From contig NC_135655.1 of the NCBI RefSeq assembly GCF_964188315.1, positions 73,470,001 to 73,534,000 of the forward strand: a stretch of 64,000 bases of DNA, in the 5' to 3' direction. Positions 12,846 through 25,391 of this stretch are shown here, piece after piece. Under the pieces are notes generated by a model that did no database searches, was not told where the DNA came from, and saw only the letters and a program-made list of their open reading frames with translations. The first letter of the stretch is position 1. Each line of letters begins with the position of its first letter. The DNA comes from Podarcis muralis (lineage: Eukaryota). The position numbers and the translations under genes are program-made.

Positions 12846-12876
<31 letters not shown>
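12846..12876 (+). repeat. (GT)n microsatellite
   Basis: seen directly. Confidence 0.95.
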
Positions 12877-12878
<2 letters not shown>

Positions 12879-13689
12879 GGGGGGGGTGCATTTGCAATTC
12901 TAATGTAAAATCTGAATTGGCCAGAAGAATGCACATTTACACTATGAGCAAATTTAAGGCAGGAACAAATACAACAAAGCCACTCCCCTCAAAAAATGCT
13001 TTTTAAGCCTCACTTGTGAGCACATTCCTTACTTGCAACCTTCCTCCTTCACCTGCTGTTTTTCTCATTGTCTCTCATGAACTCTTCTCCCATTGACCTT
13101 TTCTGCATTCTCATATTCATTCATATCACACTGTTTACAATGCAAAAATCCTCTTATCCTGTTTGTTCCCATGTTGAAAGGATGTGCCTTGGCCCACAGC
13201 CTCCCTGGGACTTCAAGGCTAGCCAGAAATTTAGGCCCAATCTGCTAGACCAAAATAGCACTAATTGTTAAAAGTGTTCATTTCAAGAGGAAAACATTTT
13301 TGAGCTGCTTATTATGCTACTTTGGACAAGCTTTTTGCCTTTTCAGCAAGCACCTTTTTCATTATTTAATGCAGTGGGATCTAATTGGGGGCAGGGGAGT
13401 TTATGCGATAATAAGTGTCTGGGTTTTTAAGATGCTTTGGGGTTTTTTGCTGCAACAGATTAAAGGGATTGCCCTTCCAGAAGTATTCACAATGTGGTTG
13501 TAATATCTTCATCATCATCATTTTATTATTTATACTCCGGGTTTCCCTAGCCACTCTTGTAATAGTGCTTACTGCTCAGTCATTGGGAAATATGAAATAA
13601 ACAGGGCAGGTGGCATCTCGAGGAGATGCTATTGTTTTTAATCGTCTCTTAAGATTTGGATGTGATTTTACATGGTTTCCCCACCCCAG

Positions 13690-13813
13690 GGTCAGGAAGG
13701 TGTAGCTGCAGCCCTGGCAGCTTGCAAAATCCTCCGAGAGATGTCCCACCAGGAGAAAGAAGCTGAAGTAGTCCGCAAAATGAAAGAGGCAAAATATGAG
13801 CAGCTTGCTGTGG
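13690..13813 (+). CDS. TRPM5: TRPM5 exon 11
   Basis: GQEGVAAALAACKILREMSHQEKEAEVVRKMKEAKYEQLAV; G|GTAAG. Confidence 0.95.
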
Positions 13814-14474
13814 GTAAGCGTATACAGTGTCAACCATTTAAAACTTGTCTGAGCAAACAGACCAAATGTACTTTTACAAGTCCCGTATTACCCTTGTTCC
13901 ACGCTTGCAAGGAATCACTCGTTTATTGTGGAAGCTTTAAAGGTTTAGTGCAGACGAGGCCAGAATGATTCCACCCACTTTTAACTGTCCAAACTGCTTG
14001 AACCTCTGCAAAGTACCTACAGTCTGGAGGTGACCTAACAGCATCAAATGGCAATTTGAGTTTTGCCTTCCTGTAATGGGTATCTGAACAGGGGGGAAGG
14101 GGACTGCAAAGTATCTCTGCAATGGAGCAGGACAAATGTCTTCCTCAAAGTAATTAAAACTCTGAGCAAGATACAAAGGTGGCATGCATTGATGAGAATT
14201 GACTGGATCATAGCTCTACCAGTCAAACAAACCACTCAACATTAATATCAGGGCACAAGTTTTTGCCTTTCATGGGCTAGTTGATAGCCCCTTCTGGATA
14301 GGGGTTGCAAAATTACTGCTAGCCCTAGTAACACCTGGGATTGATTATAGCGATGGACTGTGCATGGACTGTGGACTGTGCATGGGGTTCTTCTCAAAAA
14401 CTTCAGCTAGTGACAGACTACTGACAGACAGGCACCACTGGGAACATCTCTTGCCACTTCTAAAAGAGCTTAAT

Positions 14475-14889
14475 TATCGTAGTCTCATTGCTGAGCAACA
14501 ACGGGCAGAGCTTAGTGGATTGGGAGGCCAGCCAACCAGAAGAGTCTCAGAGGTGTACTTGCCTGGAGGCAGAGTCAGTGTCCAAAGTCCTAGGGTCAGG
14601 TGAACAGCAATCCATGTGGTCAGACGGTCCAGGGATCATGGAATCCAATGATCATTGGGGTCAAGGGTAAAGACAAGCAGGAAGCAGCAAGGTAGGGTTA
14701 TGACTACAATCGTTACCAGCAACTGAGTGCTGCTGGAAGTTCTGCTTAAGGAGGCTGAAGCCAGCTGGCTCTCATCATTGCCTTCTCCTCTGAGTCCTTG
14801 AAGGCTGATCAGTTGCAGGTGGAACCACTCTGCCTTCTCCCCCTTCAAGCTGCTGTTCAGCAGGCAAAGCTGGCTCCTGGCCTATGGCA
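14475..14889. mobile_element. probable solo LTR inserted in an L2 remnant
   Basis: T(A)TCGTAG...CTATGGCA ends, 5-bp TSD ttaat; flanks join into an L2-like frame (HWEHLLPLLKEL / GCLKDHLLP). Confidence 0.5.
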
Positions 14890-15244
14890 TTAATTGCTAT
14901 CTGTAAATTTCCAGATATAATCCAAAGTGCTGGTTGGCGCCAGGGTGTCTAAAGGACCACCTCCTTCCAGCTGAACCTGTCTGGACTGTAATATTATCCA
15001 AGGTGTTACTCCTCCAAGTGCCCCTGCCTGAGATTAGACAGCTGGTGACTGGAGATGATGAGCTATATCAGCTGTCCCACTTGGGATGGAAACTGCCTTA
15101 TACCAGAACAAACTATTTGTGCATCTAGTCCTCTGGCCCTCTAGAGTCTAGATGTTATTCTTGGGCTCCAGATCCCATCAGCCCCAGCCAGCTTGGCCAG
15201 TGGTCAGGAATGATGGGAGTTGTAGTCCAACAACATGTTCCTTC

Positions 15245-15399
15245 TGGATAGCTCAGTTGGCAAACATGAGGCTTAATTTCAAAGTTGTGAGTTCAAGCCC
15301 TACGTTGGGCAAAAAAATACCTGCATTGCAGGGGATTGGACTAGATGATCCTTGTGGTTCTTTCCAACTGTACAATTCCATGATTTGATAATTCTATGA
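15245..15399 (+). mobile_element. tRNA-headed SINE with CR1 tail
   Basis: TAGCTCAGTTGG A box, GAGTTCAAGCC B box, ggactagatgatcc...ttccaac...attctatg tail. Confidence 0.75.
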
Positions 15400-16978
15400 A
15401 CACCTACACGACCACAGGTTTCCCTTCCCTGATACAGTCCAGAGCTATTTACTCTCTTGCCATGGCTTTCCAGGGTCTTTCCCATCTTCTCCTATGTGAT
15501 ATTTTTAATGGGATATGTTAAGGGTTGAGTATGATATCATCTGCATGCCAGGCATGGGCTCTAATACTGAGTTATGGCCCCCCCCATTACGTGCATGCAC
15601 CACATGTGTGCTACAGACATTGGCTGACATTTAAGACCTTTCCAGCTTTTTGAGTAAGAGTCAGGGTAGCTGCACATCTGTTCTCTCCCACCTCTGGCCT
15701 AGTCACTGCTGTTTCCTCTGCATTCTTTCAGCCCCTCACAAAAAACGAAACCCCTCTCACAAGATGTGCATTATTTCCTGCTATTGTTCAGAGTGGAATG
15801 TAGGTACTTTGAGAACTTCCTTCTTAAAATAAAGCAAGAAACATAGAAGTGTGCAAAAGTGAATTTTTTTTTTTGGGGGGGGGGGAGGCATCCAGACAAA
15901 TTTCAGACCTCAAACAACTAGCCAGGTTTAAGATGTTGTTGTACCTCCCAATGTTAGTCACTGCATTGAATGTGGTACAAAAGAGCAGAGTCTTTAACAT
16001 TTAGGATTTTGCTGTGAATGCTTCTTTCAGTTTAGCATTCGGGATTCACATTCATTGAAATAAAAATATCATCTCCATCTCCCCACCCTGTTCCACCCAG
16101 CCTCTCACCCTGGGAGATCCTCTCTCCCCTTGCCCCTCACGCAGGGCCCTTCGTTTTCCATCCATCACTTCCCTTTGTGTTAATACAAGCTAGGAAACTT
16201 CAAAAAGCAAAGCATAAACTCTTTCTCTTTCTCCCCCTCCACTCCAGAGATTCCTTTAGTATAGGTTCCCTGCCTTATGGAATCCTATCTCAACTCCCTG
16301 AAGGCGACCACTGGAGGCTACTTGGCCCCCAGACTTTCTTGACCAACACCTACTACTTCTCTTCCTCCCCTTCTGCATTATAGCTTCCCACTCGCTTTCC
16401 CCTCTGTCACCGCCCTCTATCCCCTTATTTCCTTCCTCCGGGCCTCTTCCTTTTGCAGCCTCTCCACTCTTCCTTGTCCTCGAAGCTATCCCCTCTATCT
16501 GCTTTCTCTCACTCTCTCAGTCTGGGACTCTTCCAGGAAATGCCGCCAGCTGCCTTTCTTTTCTTCAGCTGTGTGCATGCCTCTGCTCTGACTGTGTTGC
16601 TGGGAGGAGAATGCCTCCTTCACATAGGCTAATAACTGTAACCCATGCTGTTTGGATATCATGCTGTTTTTCGTGTTTCATTTTTGCCAGTAATTGCCAA
16701 TATGGAAATGGCCAATCTTAGAGGGAGGGTCTGTGGAGGGTGGGGGTCACAAAGTATCAAACACCATCACATTCCAAATGCATCTCTGCAGTTAAAGCAG
16801 AACTGAAAGTTGTATAAACAAGACAAACACATATAAGGATTCTCTCGTTTTTTTCTGTATAAACACCTCTAGTACTTAAAACACATACATATGAATATGT
16901 CTAGCTTTTTCTATGTATCATTCTCTTTTCTTGCACCTGCACCCCTATTCCCCACCCCCACCCCCTCACCCTTGGCAG

Positions 16979-17124
16979 AATTGTTCAGTGAATGCTACCA
17001 CAATAGTGAAGACCGAGCTTTTGCTTTGTTGGTGAGGAGGAACCGGTACTGGAGCAAAACGACTTGTCTCCACTTGGCTACAGAAGCAGATACCAAGTCT
17101 TTCTTTGCTCACGATGGGGTGCAG
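16979..17124 (+). CDS. TRPM5: TRPM5 exon 12
   Basis: (E)[48 protein letters not shown]; GTGAGT. Confidence 0.95.
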
Positions 17125-17471
17125 GTGAGTAAAATCCAAGAGTGGTCCTCTTCGAAAGTTGTTACCAATGCTGATTTAAAGTTGGGAACAAGAGAGTGAG
17201 ATGAATATCCTCCTCTGAGTCAATGAAACCAGAAGTTAAGCGTGGCCCAAGAAAATTTTCTAATTTAAGGGGGTCATTGGAATTCTGGTTTTTCTTCTGG
17301 TATTATGTTCGGTGGGGAACCTGTAGCTCTTCAGATGTTGTTGGACCCCTGGCCACTTGCCTTGCTGGCAGGGGTTGATTGGAGTTTTAGTCCAACGATA
17401 TCTGGGTAGTGGTATTTACTTGTATACTCCTTGTATTGTGTCAACGCTGCATCCTTTGTCCTAAATTCCAG

Positions 17472-17584
17472 GCTTTTCTAACAAAGATTTGGTGGGGAGA
17501 TATGTCAACATCCACCCCAATCCTGAAGCTGATCTGTGGATTTGGGTGCCCTTTCCTGATCTATACAAATTTGATATCATTCAG
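17472..17584 (+). CDS. TRPM5: TRPM5 exon 13
   Basis: AFLTKIWWGDMSTSTPILKLICGFGCPFLIYTNLISF; AG|GTAAGA. Confidence 0.94.
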
Positions 17585-18556
17585 GTAAGAACCATAGGGA
17601 CCTTTTGCATGGGAAGAAGAGTAGGAAACAGGTAGTATTTGACAACAAATAGTGGTGACAGAAAAATTTCCTTCTTTAATCTGAAAGCAGAATGAGAGGC
17701 AGAAGTTCAGCTAGTGAGGGTTCTCCCAGAATACTGCAAACAGGTTATTCAGGTATCACAGGCTGCTCACTGGTAGCAGTTTTAAAAAGAAGTATTGGGT
17801 TTTCCACAGAAAGAGTAAACCCGGATTAAATTGGGAGCAGAAGTAGACTGGCATAGTGTAGACACTGTAGAAAACACTGTAAGCACCCTTTAAATCTCTT
17901 CCTTGAATGCAGATGTGATCATGTAGGAAGTTGCACCAGTTTAATATCTGCATGTCATGCTACTTTTTCAGTCTCTACCATAGAGAAAAAAGGTGGCAAC
18001 TGTTTTCAAATCCCATATCTCAGAAGTATGATTATTCTGCCCAAATGGAAGAATGATGAATACTTTGTGCAGATTCTTAGGCTATCAGTGTCTGTTTTTC
18101 ACTCTTAACAGCATACTAGGTGCCAGACCAGACATTATCTCAATTGCTTGTACATTCTCATCTATCAATGTCCATCAGCTCCTGGCTTCATCTCCTTCTC
18201 TTTTGTAAATATCTAGATTCTAGAACCTATTTCAGTCTGATCCACAAACTCACTTAAACAAAAACGAATGAAGGAAAGACACATTTATGACACTAGGCTG
18301 GAGTTTTAACTGGATTATGTGTAAGGTCTCCCATGTCTCTGCCTCTGAGTAGATTCAGTTTAGTTAGTATCTATTAACTATATCAGAAGTATTTAAATGA
18401 AACTAAGGGGACAGGCTTTCCAGTAGGATAATTTTGTGTCTTACTGGAAAGCCAACCTTCCTAAATATTACAGCATTCAAATCAGAAACTCATACAAAGT
18501 AGTCAACTGTCACTTCTAAATGTTAGAGAAATACATTGCATTTTATTCATTTCTCC

Positions 18557-18693
18557 CAGGGATGAGGAAACTGTAGCCCTCCAGATGTTGATGGATCATG
18601 ACTCGGATTAGTGCCAGGCAACATGGCCAATGGGCAGGGATGATGGGAGTTGTAGTCCAACAACATATGGAGAGCCACAGAATCCCTGCCCCT
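18557..18693. mobile_element. short palindromic hAT-type MITE (related copies ~9126-9253, 15135-15238, 17315-17400, 62907-63001)
   Basis: shared gatgggagttgtagtccaacaacat arm and cagggatg ends. Confidence 0.7.
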
Positions 18694-19058
18694 TTTTAGC
18701 ACTTTAAACTCCATCTTACGGGGTGGAGGAGAATCATCTCTATGATAAGTGAGAGCCAGAAAATCACAGAAATCCTTCTTTGAGTTTATGTGGAGGGGAA
18801 CCAAAGGAACACCTAGAGAGAGATCCTAATATAGCCTCTGTAGTGATCTTCAGTTGAACATGTGGAGATCAGGAGCAGGTATGCTGCGCATGACCCTGCT
18901 CTCCCCCGCCCCCTCCCCAATGACCAAAGGACAATTGCAAGTGGTTTATGCTACCTTACCTTGATGTATCAAGCTTAGCTCAGCACTGAAAGTCTCCCCT
19001 CACCTCAGGAGTGAAAAACTGCTTTCCAATATCTTTCAGTAAATCAATTCCTTTGCAG

Positions 19059-19154
19059 TGAGGAAACACAATCAGCCCAGGAGCCAGAATCATGCAAAGA
19101 CCTTGACAGCCCGGATTCTGAAAGGACATTGCTTTTCCCCAAGGAAGTAGATAG
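19059..19154 (+). CDS. TRPM5: TRPM5 exon 14
   Basis: phase 2-2, 96 nt; (S)EETQSAQEPESCKDLDSPDSERTLLFPKEVD(R) retains the DLDS motif; strong splice sites. Confidence 0.85.
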
Positions 19155-20315
19155 GTAAGATTGCAATGTAATGTTATTTGGAAGCTTCAAAACAGAGTAA
19201 TGAAAGAGAACATTTCTTGGAGATTAAACTGAGGTACACAGAGGTGAGTAGGCAAAACCACAAGTTAAGGCTGTGCACATCTTACCTTTGAAGCCATGTA
19301 CACAAGACATGTATCCTTTACCACATGTAGCCACAAGCCTTTCCATCTGATTTGAAAATGTAAGCCGCTGTTAAGCTGAGGTGTGTACATTTGAGACATC
19401 CATGTTAAGATGATAAGATGAAAGCTTAATTGAATAGGAGTTGAAGCAGGGCGGTGGGTGCTGGTATGAGGAAACAAATCTGGTAATGTGCATCAAGTGA
19501 AGAAATCCTTGTCTCCTTTCTGGTGTGTACAGAGAACATGACTTTAAAAATGGGAGGGGGGGCGAGAGCAGACAGGGATGGGATGACCATGCACAGTACT
19601 TGGCCCTATAAGAACATTATAACATTATAAGGATATTTATCAATACTCTAGCAGCAGCTGTGCACTTGCAGCCCTCAACCAAGACTGAGAAATTGCCTTG
19701 AGGATCTTAAAATTAAGAAATCCATCCTAGCTGGGCTAACTTTAAGATCTGGTGCCTCAGATTGCAAGCCTGTAAGCCTGAGTGCAGAGTCTCCTTTTTT
19801 ACTGAACTACAAACCACGCTACAGATATCATCATCAGCTGGAGCGGGGTTAAAAATGCTAGAGATAAAGAATAGTTATGCTCTGCAGTATGATAACTGAC
19901 GGGCAGTTTAGTGCAGATCATAGAAAACCACTTTCCACAGATATGCAAAATCAACTTGTAATCATTTTGTTGACAGATTTTTCCCACGCAAGTGGAGCCA
20001 TTGTGTAGTGTACTTGATAGATGGATCACATGAAATAATATAAAGTTGTTTCTGTATGAGTCTCTCGGAGGGCGGGGGGGATAGTTTAGTCTATCAGTGG
20101 AGTCAATGGGAGATGCAGAGTTAATTTCAACAAAGCCAGGATTTCATTAACTTGTCTTTCCAAAGTTGTATTGAATATTATTCTTGCTTTGATGAGACAG
20201 AGAATAAATAAACATTACATATTAATTTCCTCTATTGGAGTTTGGAGCTGTAGAAGTTTAAATAACAAAATACAATAGCAGCACGTTGCCTCAATAGCTA
20301 CACTCTAGTAACTAA

Positions 20316-20430
20316 GGGTGGTAGTCAGCTAAGTTTTACTGAAAGTAGGCCCACTGAAATTAATGGCCCTTAGGCATGCTCATTAATTTCAAAGGGTCTA
20401 CTCTAAGTAAAACTCAGTTGACTACCACCC
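20316..20430. mobile_element. palindromic PIF/Harbinger-like MITE
   Basis: gggtggtagtca...tgactaccaccc long inverted arms flanked by TAA/TTA. Confidence 0.55.
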
Positions 20431-20688
20431 TTAATGTTTATTGAACAGTCTGGGGAAAGAGAATTTTCAGGATCTCCTTGGACAGGAAACTGATGACAAT
20501 CACAGTTCAATTGTATACATATCTATTCAGAAGTAAGTTCAATTGAATTCTATGGGGCTTACTCCCAGGCAGTTGAGCATAGGACTGCTGCCTTAGCCTG
20601 TGAATCTGACAATCAAGCTATAAAATTGCTTTACAGACCACTGCTCAGAAATGCAAACAAAACAGTATTTTCTTTCTCTTTTTTTCAG

Positions 20689-20947
20689 GGGAGACGCCCA
20701 GTTAGAAACCCAAATTGCTTCTGAAAATATAGCATGTGCAACATTTGTGTTTACACAATGGAAAAAATTCTGGACTGCTCCTGTCACAGTATTTATGGGG
20801 AATGTTATCATGTACTTTGCCTTCCTCCTTCTGTTTGCCTATGTCCTCTTAGTGGATTTTAAACCACCCCCACCAAAGGGCCCATCCATCCAGGAGATTG
20901 TACTTTACTTTTGGGTTTTTACGTTGGTCTTGGAAGAAATCCGACAG
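20689..20947 (+). CDS. TRPM5: TRPM5 exon 15 (S1-S2)
   Basis: [63 protein letters not shown]; includes the Ca2+-site EEIRQ motif. Confidence 0.96.
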
Positions 20948-21338
20948 GTGGGTAACCTACATTATGGCTCTCAGCTACCCAGCTAGATCTTACAGGTTGA
21001 GGCTGGGAATTCACATGTGCAATAGACACATTTGTGCACGACCAAAATCTTCTTCCTCCTTTACTGGCCATGTTCTATCAGTCAAATTGTTTCCCTCTAC
21101 CATTTGCTCAAGCAAGCAGCTTGTGCTACAGCTAAGTCCCCACCAGCCATCGGTGCCCATTAAAGATGTATTGTTAGCTATTAAGATCTGTAGAGCCATG
21201 AAGTAAAGGGAATTTCACTCAACACAACAACATTCTTGTTGACATTTCTAATTCAAATTACTTTTGGAATGCTAAGTTAATGATGGGACATGGAAGTGTG
21301 TAACATTATACTAAATGATAAATGCTGTTAACTTACAG

Positions 21339-21457
21339 AGCTTTTTCACTGATGAAGATATGAATTTAATGAAGAAAATCAAGTTGTACGTAGAAGATAA
21401 TTGGAACAAGTGTGATATGGTGGCCATCTTTTTCTTCATTGTTGGAGTTACCTGCAG
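21339..21457 (+). CDS. TRPM5: TRPM5 exon 16 (S2-S3 linker, S3)
   Basis: [39 protein letters not shown](R). Confidence 0.96.
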
Positions 21458-21579
21458 GTTTGTGGTTTTGAGAGCTTCATGTGTGTGGTACCATGTATGT
21501 ATGATATACAGTGTTCCATAAGCAAAGTTAATGAAATAGATCTAAGGGAGTCGACTCATATTTTCTCTTTTAACCCCAG

Positions 21580-21712
21580 AATGTTTAATTCAACCTTTCA
21601 AGATGGCCGCACAGTACTTGCTATTGATTTTATGGTGTTTACTCTCAGACTGATTCATATTTTTGCCATCCATAAGCAACTGGGCCCAAAGATCATCATT
21701 GTGGAGAGAATG
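21580..21712 (+). CDS. TRPM5: TRPM5 exon 17 (S4)
   Basis: [44 protein letters not shown]; GTAAGT. Confidence 0.96.
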
Positions 21713-22287
21713 GTAAGTACAAGATTTCACATGGACATGAAAACCAATGATGTACAGTATTTCCTAAACCAAAGGAACAAACACAGGCCTTCTGGGTAGC
21801 ACTATTTTCATCGGAGAAATGTTGGAGGGTATAGTGAAGTCTGCATGTAGGGCATGTAGTCTTTACCTGAGTGGAATGTAAGTGGTCAAGCAACCATGAG
21901 TGTGTGCATGGACTTGTGATTACACAGTGAAACGTGAAAGGCACTCTGCACATTCTCAAAGAGACACTGAAATCCTGCTGGGGGAGGTTCCCCATGCCTG
22001 TAATAGTAATAAAGTACTCTAATGACATGGACTGAATTAAACAGCAAGAAAGAAACCTTGCTCAACTGCTTGGGAGCAGTTTGGTATGACTTCCTACCAT
22101 TTAATTGACAGTTCACTGTATCATTATGGCACACATGTAGCACAAAATTGCCCTCCCTAGAGGCCTGGGCCTTGGTTCCATAAAGAAATGAGAAGTCCTG
22201 TCAAGAAGTCAATCTTAGTCCCTTAATTATCTCCTTTGTACATTCCTAATCTATGTCTTGGTTTCAGACTATGTATTCCTTTTACAG

Positions 22288-22462
22288 ATGAAGGATGTTT
22301 TCTTCTTCCTTTTTTTCCTGAGTGTATGGCTCATTGCCTATGGCGTGACCACACAAGCCTTGCTCCATCCTGATGACAGTCGAGCAGAATGGATCTTCAG
22401 AAGGGTGCTCTACCGCCCCTATCTTCACATATTTGGACAGATTCCGCTGGATGAAATAGATT
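22288..22462 (+). CDS. TRPM5: TRPM5 exon 18 (S5, pore helix, filter)
   Basis: [58 protein letters not shown]; FGQ filter. Confidence 0.96.
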
Positions 22463-23286
22463 GTAAGGTTAAGGAATTAAAAGACCTATTGTTGCTGTTG
22501 TTTTAGACTTGGATGACAAGAGAAAGCAACCATGGCATCGTTTCTACAATTAGCATGGCCCCCAAGCACTGCTGCACTCTTGTTCCACAAATGTTCCCGA
22601 GATCACCATCTGAGGCCCTTCTTTGTGTGCTCCCCTCCACAATAAATCTGGAGGGTGGCAACACAAGAATGGGCCTTTTCTGTACTGGCTCCTCATTTGT
22701 GGAATGCTCTCCTCAGGGAGGGTCACCTAGTGCCATCATTATGTATCTTTAGGTACCGGGCAAAAACTTTTCTCTATAACCAGACCTTTGGCCTTTAACT
22801 ACCTGTGGCCTTTTAGTAGTGGGTGGGATGTTTTTAATATATTTCTTTTCTTCCTTGGTTTTAATGTGGGTTTTTGTTTGTTTGTTTGCTTGTAAGATGC
22901 TTTGGGTTCCCATGGGCAAGATTTAATAAGTATTAATGATAATAGTGTTCCCGCTAAAGCTGAGCAGTACTGTAGATTTGCCTTTATGAGTGCACATCGG
23001 CGGGTGGAAATGTTTACCTCTAGTCGGAAAAGTTCCGCCTTCTGATTTCTGCACATTACACTGATGTTCAAGGCCAAGGAGGCCAGGCTATTTTAAACAA
23101 ATTTTGTTCTCAAACCTAATGCTGCCACATGTCGTGAACTCCCCTCTCCTTTTGCTTTAAACTGTTTTAATATTGTATTTTAATGTTGTAACCCACCCTG
23201 GGACTTTAGGGTGAAGGACGAATAATTAATAATAGCAAAAATAATAAGAGATTTGCATTATATAGATATGTCATTTCTGTCACTGA

Positions 23287-23287
<1 letters not shown>

Positions 23288-23330
<43 letters not shown>
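23288..23330 (+). repeat. (TG)n microsatellite
   Basis: seen directly. Confidence 0.95.
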
Positions 23331-23331
<1 letters not shown>

Positions 23332-23566
23332 AACTATATTTGTAATGCTTGTTCTGCTAATTGTTAAGGTATTCCATTATTCTAATTATGCAACAATGAA
23401 AAATCAAGCACACCTCATGGTACTGAAGCTGTGAAATTGAAAAAAACAAAACAAAATTTTTTTTTGCTTATCTGCACAGCAGAAAGAGAACAGCCTCAGC
23501 AATTAATAGGTCTAACAATCAGTAGCTTCCAAAAGTGACAATTGCTTTGTTTTCAATCCATTACAG

Positions 23567-23735
23567 CATCTCGCATGAACTTTGAAAATTGCACACCGAG
23601 CCCAATGGCAAACCTGACAGATAATGCATCGTCGTGCCCAAATGCCTATGCCAACTGGCTTGTCATAGTCCTCTTAGTCATTTTCCTGCTGGTTACAAAT
23701 GTACTGCTTATGAATCTCTTGATTGCCATGTTCAG
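23567..23735 (+). CDS. TRPM5: TRPM5 exon 19 (pore loop, S6), GC donor
   Basis: [55 protein letters not shown]; ends AG|GCAAGT. Confidence 0.92.
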
Positions 23736-23824
23736 GCAAGTATTTTTTCCCCTGCCTGTTATAAAAAGAGGGAAGCGCATACAACAATCGCTGGTTAAAT
23801 GTACGAACAATAACAGCATAGACA

Positions 23825-23866
23825 TGGTATCTGAAGAAGTGTGCATGCACACGAAAGCTCATACCA
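23825..23866 (+). ncRNA. minimal type I hammerhead ribozyme, core intact
   Basis: stem I TGGTAT/ATACCA; CTGAAGA; extra A; palindromic stem II GTGTGCATGCACAC; GAAA-GC-TC; predicted cut at 23860/23861. Confidence 0.75.
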
Positions 23867-23953
23867 AGAACTAACTTAGTTGGTCTTTAAGGTGCTACTG
23901 GAAGGAATTTTTTTTGTTTTGACTATGGCAGACCAACACGGCTACCCATCTGT
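23826..23953 (+). mobile_element. short Penelope-derived insertion carrying a minimal hammerhead ribozyme
   Basis: TSD agcatagacat(gg) at 23815 and 23954; internal sequence matches the 3' end of the Penelope fragment at 31270-31409. Confidence 0.8.
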
Positions 23954-25391
23954 AGCATAGACATGGACAGTCATTGATGACTGTCTTCATTTTGCACATA
24001 ACGAGTGCAATCCAGAAAAACACCAGAGCCCCATTGGCATATTAAATGATGTGCTTAATTGCCATTGATTTCATTGGAACTTAGAGGCGCCCAACTTTCT
24101 CAGCAGGAGAGTTGTTAATACAGTCAGTGTGATTCACAAGCCATTTAAAATGGGTTTCAGCTGATTTACTTCAGAATGGGCTGGAAAACGTAATTGCTTT
24201 TTCCAACTATAGCCAGAACATGACAAAGAAAGCAATATCTTCATTTCTACTGCAGAATTCAATTAAATATACACCAATTATTTAGAACAGGTGGGAGAGG
24301 GGAAGCTTTCTCTTCGCTACGTGCATATAAAGGGTCTAATACATCAGGGCCCAGTATGGATAAACATCAACACTATTACTCTGTAAAGATTTTAAGACAT
24401 CTGAAGACAATGGGTTCAGGCAACCTATGGGTAGAACACCTATGGAACTTTCCTGAAGGGGACTTTCCTGCGGAAGGAGGACATTTTCACCAATTCCACA
24501 TTTCTTCTATGGTCCATCATTTCCCCTCCCTGAAACCCTGCTCTGGCAGGTGGCTCTGAGGGCTGGAGTGGGGAAACCCAGCAGGGCGGCCCCACAGCTT
24601 CTTGGCCCCTCCCACAAAGGGAAGAAAACCTTCCATATATGAAAAGGCAAGTCTGGATCCAATCCAAACCTTAAATATTTTAAATTGGCACATTTTATAA
24701 TCTTAGTAAGACTGCACACATTTTGTACCTCCCCGTGTGTGTACATGGTGGAATAAAAGTCAAAGTCTTGCCTATTGTAAAGCTGAGTGACAGCCAACCA
24801 AAAACAGAATCATTAAATACAGGCTAAAGTAATCTACAGGTGCTTTATATGAGTTGTCTCCAACTGTAAATGTAGGCACGCAACACATTTGGAAAGACGC
24901 TACTTTAAAAGCCCCTAAATAATGGTTGTGGAATTATTATTATTTTTAAGAGCTGGTTCATGCAGCATTGGGAGATAGTTCTTTGTTGCTTCAGACTCCT
25001 CCTTATATCCCTGCCCAGTTACTGGGATCTTTGGAAGAGTCTCTGTTAATGTTCCATCATGGCTCAGATGGACTGCTTATATACACCAGAAGCTGTGCAT
25101 TCTGTATTTTGGAAGCAATTCTGTGGATCCCCTTCCTGGCTGAGATTAGACCAGGCACCTCCTTGCTGAGCTTCACATTCTTGCCAAAAACCTTTCTATT
25201 CCAGCATCAGCGGGGTATCATAGGGAAAGTTTTCTGTCTTGGACTCATTTTGCTTGATTTTATCCTACCATATATTTTTGTCACCTTCATGTGCATCGTT
25301 AGAAACTTTGGTGATTAAGCGGTATGTAGATGGCTTAAAGAAACAAACATGAGATTTTTATTGATGTGATTCTCCCCCCTCCCTGTTCAAG

